Below, piece after piece: positions 25,554 through 36,885 of a stretch of DNA of 64,000 nt; position 1 is the stretch's first letter; every line of letters begins with the position of its first letter. Position numbers and translations under genes: made by a program. This DNA comes from Raja brachyura. Its lineage: Eukaryota. The notes under the pieces are model-generated. The model made no database searches, had not been told where the DNA came from, and saw nothing but the letters and a program-made list of their open reading frames with translations. The stretch is from contig OY740797.1 in NCBI GenBank assembly GCA_963514005.1, positions 19,840,001 to 19,904,000 on the forward strand, read 5' to 3'.

Positions 25554-25665
25554 CTTCACGTAGTCACTCACGTGACTCCGAAGTAAAATAGTGAGATTAA
25601 ACGAGAACTTACCTGTTTGAAGTTTGATCTTTATTTTATAAGGAGTTACGATGAGGGATTACGTG
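25554..25665 (+). other. DIRS internal complementary region (ICR)
   Basis: 'ctcacgtgactccgaagtaaaa' is the reverse complement of the left terminus. The adjacent 'tagtgagattaaacgagaacttacctg...gagggattacgtg' is the reverse complement of 25813-25891. Confidence 0.92.
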
Positions 25666-25989
25666 CCCTCCACTTCCAACCCTCATAATGTAAATGATCA
25701 TCTGGTAGTTCTAGTCTATTTTGAGCCTTACTATTTTACTTCGGCTATTGGTTCTGTGTTTTTCATGCCGCTGCTTTGAAGTATGCCGATCCAGCGCCAG
25801 GCGGGGCTTCTTCACGTAATCCCTCATCGTAATTCCTCATAAAATAAAGATCAAACTTCGAACAGGTAAGTTCTCGTTTAATCTCACTATTAACTTACAA
25901 CCCTGCAGGTTATGTGGATCTAGGAGGAAACGGAGCACACACGCGGCTACTGGGAGAACGCTGTAAACTCCAGACAGATAACACCGTAA

Positions 25990-26396
25990 TGCCCCTGTCC
26001 CACATAGGAAACCTGAACAGAAACCTCTGGTGACCTTGCGGCCCACCCAAGGTTTCCATGAGTCGCCAGAGGTTTTGGTCACTTGCCTGGAAAGCCTCCG
26101 CCAAAGCGTGAGCTGCATCTACTGACCAAAGATCCCACAGAATATTTGCTACCAACCGCACAAACACACCGTGAAGGTGGGGGCCAGGGACAGCGGAGGA
26201 GCGCTGTCTGCGCAGTGAAGGGGAAGGTAAACGGCTGCCACAGAGCATGGAAAATAGAAAAAGCCTTGACTACGCGGAAACCACTTTCCACCATTAGGGA
26301 GAGTGACCAAAACCACCTGGAACCTCATGGAAACCTTGTGTGGGGCGCAAGGTCTCCAGAGATTTCTGTTCAGGTTTCCTAAGTGGGACAGGGGCA
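25990..26396. mobile_element. PIF/Harbinger-type MITE inside a SINE
   Basis: TIRs TGCCCCTGTCCCAC / GTGGGACAGGGGCA flanked by a TAA TSD on both sides. Confidence 0.85.
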
Positions 26397-29011
26397 TAAC
26401 TCAGGGCCAAACCTGGTCTCTGGCGCAGTGAGGTATCTGCATCTCTACCAGATGTGCCACTTTTGCTGTAGGCTGCTATCTGTAGGTCGTGGAATATGAA
26501 AAATGCAGGTTCCAGTATTAATGCTGTTGCTTATCCACTTTCCTTTTTTTTTGTCTTAATTGATTACATTGAACAATGCAAAATGTCATGGAACGATTTG
26601 TTACTTGTCTCGGTGTAAACGCATTTCCAATTGTTTGATTTTAGTCAAAGCAACTTCTAGCGACGAGTTAGAATTTGGAATACAGTCATCATAAAGATAG
26701 TGGTGCTATCTGTAGGTCGTGGAGTAGTGGTAATTAGAGGAGACTTTATCTCCTGGTTTGCTCAACTACAAACAAATGTAGTTAACGTTTCATGCGACAA
26801 TGTTCAAGTTGTGCACGACTCTATGACCTTGAAGAAAATTAAAAGTTCTTGATTCCGATACCATTATACATCAGTATGTTATTTATTTTTTATCGTTCCC
26901 GTTTATTATACCAATGTATCGATTCAAATAAATGCTAAAGAGTCGCACAGAAATGCTTCAGTTACGGGATTTCTGTACGGTGTGGTATTTTGCTCTCTGC
27001 AAGTAATTGTTAGCAAGCATTGTTACAAAGATGCAGTAATACTGAGGTGAGGCTGAAAAGGAGAAGTAGTAAAAGCACAGTGGAAATTATCACTCGCATT
27101 TCGAACGGATCTACTGCATTGGTGTGCTGCAGTGACTTTGCTAAGCAATGATAAGACAAACAGCTATCTGTTTTTTTCATGGGTAAGCCAATCAATGATC
27201 AGGAAAGGCTGCAGGAAGGTATGTCATCTTGTCATCTCCGCCTCATTTGGTCTGTGAAAGAAATGCAATATTGCCTGTTAGTCCATTGTACAGTGATCAA
27301 GGAAAGCAATCAATTTTTCAACACAATTGGAATGTAGCCACAATTATAATTTCCAGATTGCAGATAACGTATAAGAGTTTATGTTCATATTATTTATCCA
27401 GTCTTCTGCGGAGCCTTTCGTGGTCAAACACAACAAATTTGTAGTAACACAAATATCCATTAAAAATATTCCCATTTTATTCTCTCCACAGTGCCATCAA
27501 CACTTTGCTCACTCCTAGATTATACCACTTGCCTAAACATGGGACTTTTAAATCTCTAATTAGCCTACCACCCCTCACATGATTTGGGATGTGCAAAATA
27601 TTCAGAGCACCTCGGGAAACCCGCGAGGACGCAGCAAATAACGTTCAACCTTCACACTGACAGCACCGAAAGCCAGGATTTGTTTTACCTTGTGTATAGA
27701 CGAGGAGAAGCCATAATATCTCTGTCACTGTGTGATCTTCGTTAGATAATATGGAAACCCTGTCAAGAGTCAAGAGTGCTTCTCATATGTCCCAGATACA
27801 ACTAAGAAATTCTTAGCTGCAGCAACACAACAGAATAAGTAAACATAGTACTCTTTAAACAATATAATAAACCTCTCTGAGGTCCAGTGCCATCCTGCCA
27901 CCTGTCTCCTTTGAGGTGGATTTTCGTTTGAGTTTGACTTTGAGGTTTACCGTTTGACTATGCGAAGTGTAAGGGAGACACGAGGAGTTGTCTAACCTTT
28001 AAAGCGATATGCTGGAGTTTGATGAAGATTATAGTGTGTGAGTCGGAAACTTTTGGATGTACCTTATTGTGTTCTATCAACAATAAATATTCTATTGATC
28101 AAAAGACTGTGTTGTGAAGATTTATCTGTGAAAAAGCTCTGAAGGTCTTTGACGAGAGCTCGCATGTGTATAACCACATTCTCCTTAATCATGTAGTCCA
28201 TTTAGCGGCGAGAGGGAGTAATGTCTTGAACGAAATAAAATCTGCCGCTACACCTATTAGAAAGTGATATTCAACACAGTTAGGTGAGGGTCTGACGTAG
28301 TTCTTTAAAGAGTGAGTCTGAAATATAACCATACAGACTAATTGCAAAAAAAGGGGCATGATACCATTTGAACTGCACTCAATTACATTTCTCAAAATGT
28401 CATTCCCGAGAGGATTCAATGTGCCAGTGTTGGACTTGTTTATTAGTATTATAGCTTGCGATTCATTTGAAAAATCCCTCTTCCAAATGCGATCAATTTC
28501 TCACTTCCCGCCATCTTATTCCGCCTCCGTTATCACCGTTTCCGGCTTCCCTATAGATTTCATGCAGCGATAGCAGTGCCCGCCGTATATCCCAGGCAAC
28601 CTGGCCGATGCGAGCACGTGGTGGTGGGACGAGTTTATCGTCTGCCCTTATGCACTTACGTGTACTTTCATTCTTAGGTCGCAATTTATAGTAGCGAAGT
28701 ATCCGAGCAATCCGCATTACTTTGGACTACAAGGGGAGTAGAGCATCCGGCGGAAAAGCACACAAGAATAAACTGCAAATCACACACAGGTACCGTTGGA
28801 GATTAGGATTGAACACGATCAGGACGGAACTGTGAGACTGCACCCCTTCCAATTTTAGAGGTGACAGGCAAAATGGTTTCCTTCTGCGCTGCAAATTGCA
28901 GCCGGCAATGTTCTAAAATTATATGGAATGGAACTGATATATTCTCTGCTGATCGTATAATTTCTGTACTTGTCCAACCCTATTGGAAACAAGAACAATA
29001 GCTTCACCTAC

Positions 29012-29055
29012 CGGTTCTACGCTATGACTTGCTTCGACGGAGTTTGCATTTACAC
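29012..29055 (-). CDS. Probable cytoplasmic exon of VJ-C1 receptor copy B (GVNANSVEASHSVEP)
   Basis: Same splice sites and peptide as 3652-3695; the two nucleotide differences I see are synonymous. Confidence 0.55.
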
Positions 29056-29521
29056 CTACACGAAAAAAAAAGAAATCTCGAATAACATTTTAATGTCAGG
29101 AAAATCTAAGTTGCGCATTAGATTATAATCACATCTACTGCCTATGGACCCTTGAAGGCAGGCGACAATCGCGTATACGCATCGGAGTACCACCGCCACA
29201 ATGTAATGTGTTGTACATTACCTTCATATATACCATCCCCGTTAGATCTGCACAACCGGAGGAAGCAAAGGTCTAAACCAAATAACTCATGCTTCAAAAT
29301 ATGACTTTAAAGCAAATCAATACGCTAAGAATACAGATGTTTGAAAAACACACACTCAATGGATGATTGAATAATTGGAAAGGGCAGGGGAAATAATTGT
29401 AGTTTAACTTACAACTAATTACTAGTATTGCTTTGGCTTCTTGTTTCAATGATTCTCAGAATGCACCAACCGCTTTTCTATCAACGGTTGTATGAAATGA
29501 AAAGTTAATCAAGGTTCTTAC

Positions 29522-29623
29522 CTCGTTGTGCCTTTAATGCGAATCTTGTTAAAATTATAAGCAGAACTACAATTGACAGTCCGCGCACGACACTTCCGAG
29601 AATTTGAGTTTTGTTCGTGGTTT
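29522..29623 (-). CDS. Stalk/TM exon copy B (ETTNKTQILGSVVRGLSIVVLLIILTRFALKAQR)
   Basis: Acceptor 'gccatatccag|', donor 'CGAG|GTAAG', open frame, TM Arg conserved. Confidence 0.85.
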
Positions 29624-30131
29624 CTGGATATGGCGAAAAATGAGAACGGTGAAACATACATACACAGACAGGGACCGGTACACAAGAAGGCAGAGCAATC
29701 GTTCAATATTTTCTGCACAAAGGTTTTATGACTGCCACATGGCACGCATTGTACGGCAATGGCGAATTTATAGAACAGATCACTTTATACGGTGGCTCTT
29801 TGCAGAGGTTTGGTTATTAAGTTAAGATGACTGTCCAATTTCATTTTACAAAACTACGCCCGGTAGTTTGACAACAGTTTAAAAAGTCAGAATGCATTCT
29901 GTATTCTGGATCTGACTCCCTGGACACACAGTAAATATGAAAATGAACTGGATTTTTGTGTTTGCACAACTATCTAATTATATTAGAAAATAGACACAAA
30001 AGAGCTGGAGTAACTCAGCTGGACAGGCAACATCTCTCGAGCGAGGAATGGGAGACGTTTCGGATCGAGACGCTTGTTCAGATTCTATTTCTCGGCAGGC
30101 TGGATTCTGCGTAAAACGCCTCCAGGCTTAC

Positions 30132-30428
30132 CTTGCTCGAAAATGTAGCTGAAACTGGCAGGGACTGTAAGAGATACGTGTGATACCAGGCAGGTGTAAA
30201 CAGTTTTGCCTGGAGCAGGCTGCGTGTCGTGCAAAAAACTGGAAGCCTCATAAAATCCATCCGCTGTTCTGTTTCTCACGATCAAAATACCGGTCAAAAT
30301 TTCCACGCTGTTTCTTTGCCAGATGATTTTTAATTCCTCCGGATAAAACGCAGCCGTTTTACACACGAGTTGCGGCAAATGCGCTGCACTTCCTTCAATA
30401 GCGACAATTTTCAATGGAGTTGGGGGAG
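30132..30428 (-). CDS. Ig C1-set exon copy B
   Basis: PPTPLKI...LVCKTAAFYPEELKIIWQRN...DGFYEASSFL...YTCLVSHVSL. Acceptor 'tattgttccag|', donor 'CAAG|GTAAG', 297 bp. Confidence 0.92.
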
Positions 30429-31697
30429 CTGGAACAATATAAAAAAGCGTGAAACTGCAAAATATATTTTATTTCAATTAACATATTTGTCGCTGAACAG
30501 TTGCTGCTGCCTCATGTTATCCGTGTGGTTGTTTGTTGAGTTTATAATTTTTTAATAAATTATTTTATGGAGGATATCATGGTAAGTAGTGCAATTGAAA
30601 CAAAGCATAAATGGAGTGAACTTTAGTACTGCTGCCTCGCGGGGTTCGCGCGATTATTAAGAAATAATGTGACACAGGTATTGCTCAGTAAGATTCCGTG
30701 ACAGTGCTTTATGTTGAATTCAAAACCACGCATTTCTTCTGAACATTTGCTCTTTCTTATCTGCATATGGTAGTTACAGAAAATGGACTGCACTGAGTGG
30801 CAGAAGTACATCGGGGACAACAATTGATTTTCTCGAAAAACACGCAAGGATCAAGCGAGCAAACTCTGTTTCTCATTTCATATATTTTATTAACAAGACA
30901 TTCACGAACATGGTTCAATTTGTGCTGGAGCCACTGTCAGTAATATTTAGCGAGCGGGAGAGTTAATTGTAATTTATTTTGTCAATTGATTGCGTAATCT
31001 CCTTAATGTCGTTTGTGTTTAAGCATTTTTACTTTCCTAAATTGATGTAATAACATCTTATTGTACTATCATTATTAATTAATAAAGCGACGTCAGTTTT
31101 TTCCCTGTGCCATATAAATGATTACCAAGCAAAGCTCTATTCTACACGATGTTATAACCATGGATCTATTTTAAATAAGAAATAATATCGGAGAATTTCC
31201 GTTGTAGTTCCTTTTTTTCTTTTATCATTCCATGAACTTTCCTTGAGACTGTGAAAGTGTAAGCAAAATTACCCACCTCAAAACTGTGAGATCAATTTCT
31301 CCTCCGTTTTCAGTTGATGGAAAAGTTTGTCGGGTGGGAAGTTTGCAACTTTCTGGAAATTCGGAGTAACGTGAATTTGGTTGGGTATTTGAAAAGCGGG
31401 AGGTCAAAATATAATTTTGCCTTCCAAATTACAAGAGCCATAACCAGGGTAGTGTCACTATGCCTTTGTAAGATAACCCGGAGTAATAAAAAACAAAACT
31501 ATAACAGAACTCTCGTTGTCGTACATTGACCGACGGATAGAATATTTTTCACTGTGTTCCCTTTATTTCAGATTTCCATCGCGGAAGTAACCATTAAAAT
31601 TATAGAACTAGATAAGATTAATATTTCCTCCACCAGCAAGCTTTAGTTACATTGCAACAGATGAACATATCCCACTACCCGTAACAAAGACACTTAC

Positions 31698-31994
31698 TTA
31701 ACACAATTAGCTGGGAGCCAGTTCCATTGCCGATAAGTTGCAGTTGATGTTTCACTCGACAGTAATATATCCCGGCGTCTGCGACACTCACATTCAGCAA
31801 AGTAAATGTACTCCTTCCTTTGTCTACTTTGAATAGTTTTCTGTTGTCCGGTTCCATAAATGTCTTCTCGCCCTCTCTCCACCAAGAAACGTCAGCGGTT
31901 TCTTTTAATATTGGAAATTTGCAGAACATGGACTCATTGTTGCCCCTTGAGACCCTCAGGAATGTGGGGAATTGTTCCACTTTGCTCGAAGTTG
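31698..31994 (-). CDS. V exon with germline-joined J-like segment, copy B (acceptor uncertain)
   Basis: VEQFP...MFCKFP...VSWWR...TFTLLNVSVADAGIYYCRVK...IGNGTGSQLIVL; donor 'TTAA|GTAAG'. The acceptor position homologous to copy A reads CAC, not CAG; an in-phase AAG lies 9 nt downstream. Confidence 0.85.
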
Positions 31995-32209
31995 CTTTTG
32001 TCAGTGGCAGAAATAAGTAAATATGATGAAAACAGTTGCACATACAGCACCAAGAAAAAGAGCCAATGGATACACAAATATAAAATAATTCGGAAATAAT
32101 TGTTAGCCAATTGCAGAAACGTTGTATATTTAATTTGCTGTGGCATACTATTGTAAAATATTGACACACATGATTTGCTTAGCGAAATCGGTTCAGAAAC
32201 TAAGCATAC

Positions 32210-32264
32210 CTTGACAAACCAAAGCAAGAAGACCCATGTACCGAACCATTGCTTTCACCGGCAT
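32210..32264 (-). CDS. Leader exon copy B (MPVKAMVRYMGLLALVCQ)
   Basis: ATG at 32264-32262, phase-1 donor 'CAAG|GTATGC', homologous to the copy A leader. Confidence 0.8.
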
Positions 32265-34123
32265 ACTGCAAAAGAGAAGGGTTTGCATAAGAAATAGGTT
32301 TTCATAGAATGCATGAAGCGTGTGACTCCAACGCCGTAAATCACATGACTAATGTATCGCGATGCATTTTGAGTATATTTATGTTACAGCGAGTACGATC
32401 TAGGAAATATGTTTTCTTCGATTTCCTACGCCAAAAAAGATTTATCTCCCAGCCTTTGTTGGTGCACCGTGTTTGGACAACACATATTGAAATCCATTTA
32501 CCTCTACCTCGTTCTCAAATTGAGGCGTTGTCCAACCGGAGCATAAGATGACAGGGCAGTCAAATATTCGGCCTCGTATATTTCGTGCTTACTATCACAG
32601 ATGATCGCACCTTGAATGCAGAAGGGTGTGATGACCTTTCAGTTAGTCACGCTGCGAATTTATTTCATTGCAGTCAAAAACTCCAAGCCTCAATCGCAGC
32701 ATTTAAATGAGATATATTATAGCCAAGTGATGTGTTGATAAGGATTTGATCATCCACTAGATGGCAGTTGACGGCGTACCACTGAGAGTTTTTCGCCATT
32801 GATTCGGATCTTCTAATTCCTCACGCAAGGAATTTAGAAAGGTAAACCCATGGTCAGTGTGATTGCATTATTTTTCGCTTATAATATAATGTGCATTCCT
32901 CTGTTACCTTTCTCCGTGGTACCATAAGTGACTATAAGCAAAAATGTTATAACCTCTTTCCATAGTTAAAATTCAGGAATTAACTAGCCTCTTGCTCCCA
33001 AGTATTAATCTGTTACCTTCGCAGATATTTGCAACAGCAACTTTCGCGCTAAGGTATTCAAGGGCCAAATGTGCATTACAAAACCCGATTACTGAAGAGA
33101 AGGGGACCAGATCGGCACGAAATTAACGTTAATTCAACAAACAAAAGACGATGCGAGTTTATTAAAGTAAAAGCTTGGATTGTTAGAAATAGAATCATTT
33201 ATCAAAAAAAAGCGGAAATACGTCCAAGACCACAAACGACTTCAGAGACAAAAAATAGAATTCTTTACAGTATGAATGTTAACTTAAAATTGTTGCATTC
33301 TTGGAGATTTGAGCACTTGACAACTTGTGATGCCTAATTTAAAAAGACCAGCATGAGCAAGGTATATAGTCTATGGACTTTGTTCCCGATCAATGCAATG
33401 TGCGACGTAACTTTTTAAAAGTTATAATTGTTCAAGCATCATCTTTGCAAATGTGGTTCCTTTTAGTTATTTCAGGTTCACATTTTCAACACACAAAGAA
33501 TAGTTATTATGGTAAGATGAATAACAAAACGTGAATCAAAAAAGGTGACTTGTGTGAAGGAACATAAGATGCTCATATGTACAAACGTAAGAACTTTAAA
33601 TAAGGGGGAGAGGGAGAAGAGGGGAGAAGGGGGGAGAGGGGGAGAAGGGGGAGAAGGAGTGGAAACACTTTCAAGAAGCATGACAACTTTCAATAAGCCA
33701 GAGATACACCGCCGTGAAATTCGGCGGGCATTTCACATTACCGGTCGGTTATCCTTGGTTAAGAAAATTCGTGCTTACGTTTTTTCCCACCCAATGAGCG
33801 AATGAAAATAACTGGTCAGCAAAGGCGATTAACTAAAACTACCTACTACTACCTTGACTACCTATAACTACATGGCGACCCCACTACAACTGCACCTACG
33901 ACTACAGGATTATCGATTTTGTCCATGGCGACCAATTTTTGGTCACAGGAAAATTTTCACCATGTTGAAAATTTAGCGGCGACCATACTGAGGTGGTGAC
34001 TAGTTCTCAGAATGCAGGAACTCCTCGCAACCATGAAGGGGACTCACCAGAGACCATCAGCGAATATGTGGCTACCATGTGGTGAGCGCAGAGTCTCCTG
34101 CACTCGCCTAAAAAGTCACCTAA

Positions 34124-34997
34124 AGGGGGTGTCCCACTGCCGCGACCTAATCTGCGTGTTTAGAAGAGTTTGCCCTCGACTCAAACTCGCAGCATGGTCG
34201 ACACATGGTCCTAGGAGGTCCTATGAGGCCACTGGACCTCTCCTTCATGCTAGAGGGATGTTTCTGCATACTTGCAGCCTCAGTTTGGTCGAGGAAAAAT
34301 TTTCAGCATGTTGAAAAAATTTGCGAGAGTAAAAATTGGTCGGCATGGTTCTTTTGAACTCGTAATGCAGTGGAGTGTAGTCGCTATGTAGTTATAGGCA
34401 GTCGAGGGCAGCCATAGGCAATCTCCTTTGCTGATCGGGCATTTTAATTGGCTCATTGGAGTTTTCAGGACCAAGGAAAACCGACCGTTAGGTTAAATGC
34501 CTGCTAAACTTTATTAAAAGTTGTCTGGCTTCTTAAAAGTGTCTCCACACCTTCTCCCCTCTTCTCCCCTCTTCTCGCCTCTTCTCCCCCCTTCTCCCCC
34601 TTCTCCCCCCCTCTCCCTTTCTCTCCCCCTCTCCTCCGCACTCTCTAAAGGACTTACCGTACACTGTGCAGCCATCTTTTACCTTCCTGTTCATCACGGG
34701 TGTGAAATTCAGACAGCCCTCCCCCGCTTTCCNNNNNNNNNNNNNNNNNNNNNNNNNNNNNNNNNNNNNNNNNNNNNNNNNNNNNNNNNNNNNNNNNNNN
34801 NNNNNNNNNNNNNNNNNNNNNNNNNNNNNNNNNNNNNNNNNNNNNNNNNNNNNNNNNNNNNNNNNNNNNNNNNNNNNNNNNNNNNNTCGATCCAGCTCAC
34901 GGTTTCATCGCTGACGGTCAATCCAGCTCAAGGTTATTCAGGAGAGTGCCCTTGAGCTTGAAGGTCGAAGACAGTCGCTGAAAGTGGGACAGGCCCT
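34124..34997. mobile_element. PIF/Harbinger-type MITE (contains an assembly gap), nested in an older copy of the same family
   Basis: TIRs AGGGGGTGTCCCACT / AGTGGGACAGGCCCT with TAA TSD. Absent from the paralogous block near 59860. Confidence 0.75.
34733..34886. other. Assembly gap (N run)
   Basis: Run of n. Confidence 1.
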
Positions 34998-36278
34998 TAA
35001 GTGGGATAGGCCCTTATGGGACAGGCAGCCTTCCCAGTCTCTCATCATAACTGAAAAATTCATTCCAGAAAATAATTCAGATGTATATACTCTTCTCATT
35101 TTATTTCTGGCCATAGACCAGAAAGGAGATGGAGAACCTTCAAGACAACAACTTTTCCCTCAATGCCAGCAAGACAAAGGAGAGACAAAGGAGATTGTGA
35201 TTGAATTCAGCAAGAGAAACAGTGCCCACCCCACTTATGCATTGATGGCGCCAAAGCAGAAAAGGTCGAAAGGTTCAAGTTCCTTAGAATAAATATCACC
35301 AGCAATTGTCCTGGACCAGCCATGTCGAAGCTATAGCAAGAAATGCACATGAATGCCTCTACGAACTGAGAAGGATTACGATTTTCGGCATGACACCAAT
35401 AACCCTCACAACTTCAACAGAGGCATTGTAAACAGCTTTTTTAGGATGCTTTATAGACAGGTTTGGAAACAGCTCCATCCAAGACCACAAGAAATTGCAG
35501 AGAGTTGTGGACATAGCTCAGACCATTGCACAAACTAACTTCCCATCCATTGACTCCATCTACACTCCATCTGCTGTGGCAAGGCCATCAGGATCAAAGA
35601 TTATAGAGGAGCAAGATAGGCCACTCCTCCGAAATCCAATGGACTGGTGTGTAGTACGTAACGAAACGTCACGGCCGCCATTTTGGCGGTATGCCTCCCG
35701 CTGTGTAATCCGCTCCAAACCTACAGAGCAGTTGTAAGTGAGATGTCTGTAAACAGGAATGGTTCATTGTCTTTTGAATAAATGATATTTTGATGTGGAC
35801 TTTTATTGCATGCGTTTGTCTATGGCAGGCTATGTAAATTGCCGTTGGGTTAGTGTCAAATATATACTGATTCATATACGTTTACATGTAAAATAGTAGC
35901 TCCAAAGATCCTTTGATCCGCTCTATCATCCTTGGTAAAATCAGTGTTGTAGGGAACAGTGTTTGATATAGCGCATCTATCACCTCACATATTTTAGTTA
36001 ATTTAATTGTAATATTTTCCCCCTGTTCCCCCATTTCCCTCCCATCTTTCCTCCCCAGCTCCCACCTTTGCATAGTTTCCCTTGCATTGCATTGTGCAGC
36101 TTCCCTTGTATTGCTTCAACACACACTGTGCACAAAATTACAGGTACACACAAACACACATTCATATAAGTATATGGTGGGACAGGCCCTTGAGAGATAA
36201 ATACATTTCTTTCTCATGGATCAGAAGCAACTTTGATTTAAAGCATCACTATTACTCTCTATCTTATTTGTCAGATGA

Positions 36279-36486
36279 NNNNNNNNNNNNNNNNNNNNNN
36301 NNNNNNNNNNNNNNNNNNNNNNNNNNNNNNNNNNNNNNNNNNNNNNNNNNNNNNNNNNNNNNNNNNNNNNNNNNNNNNNNNNNNNNNNNNNNNNNNNNNN
36401 NNNNNNNNNNNNNNNNNNNNNNNNNNNNNNNNNNNNNNNNNNNNNNNNNNNNNNNNNNNNNNNNNNNNNNNNNNNNNNNNNNNNNN
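36279..36486. other. Assembly gap (N run)
   Basis: Run of n. Confidence 1.
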
Positions 36487-36566
36487 AATATATCTATATA
36501 CACACATATACATACATATATACACATACATATACATGTGTATATACACATACATATATACATATG

Positions 36567-36885
36567 ATCATTTTCCAATGTTCAATAGACTTAGGATCAG
36601 TTCCTGTGGATTGGAGGATAGCTAATATTCTCCCACTTTTCAAGAAAGGAGCAAGAGAGAAAACAGGGAATTACAGACCAGTTAGCCTGGCTTCGGTGGT
36701 GGGAAAGATGCTGGAGTCAATTATTAAAGATGTAATAATGGGGCATTTGGATAGCAGTAAAAGGATTAGTCCAAGGCAGCATGGATTTATGAAAGGAAAA
36801 TCATGTTTGACTAATCTTCGGGAATTGTTTGCCACAAGGCTCGGTGTTGGGACCGCAACTGTTTACCATATTTATGAATGATTTT
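36567..36885 (+). mobile_element. CR1 LINE RT fragment
   Basis: VPVDWRIANILPLFKKG...GNYRPVSLASVVGKMLESII...QHGFMKGKSCLTNL. Confidence 0.9.

Larger units (their letters stand above)
20993..25891 (+). mobile_element. Full-length (decayed) DIRS tyrosine-recombinase retrotransposon
   Basis: Left end ATTTTACTTCGGAGTCACGTGAG, right end TTTAATCTCACTATT, ICR at 25554-25665 complementary to both ends, RT (MAYLDD at 23051), RNase H and YR ORFs. Empty site at window positions 1-40. Confidence 0.95.
25889..30185. repeat. Segmental duplication, copy B (paralogous to 18-4814)
   Basis: Colinear near-identity with 18-4814. Confidence 0.95.

Noticed and set aside
32281-32290. Octamer-like TTTGCAT upstream of the copy B ATG (Ig promoter?)
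   Set aside because: Imperfect octamer, under 20 bp from the ATG and absent from copy A.
36082-36625. ORFs spanning N runs (also 34521-34955 and 55247-55611)
   Set aside because: Artefacts of assembly gaps.
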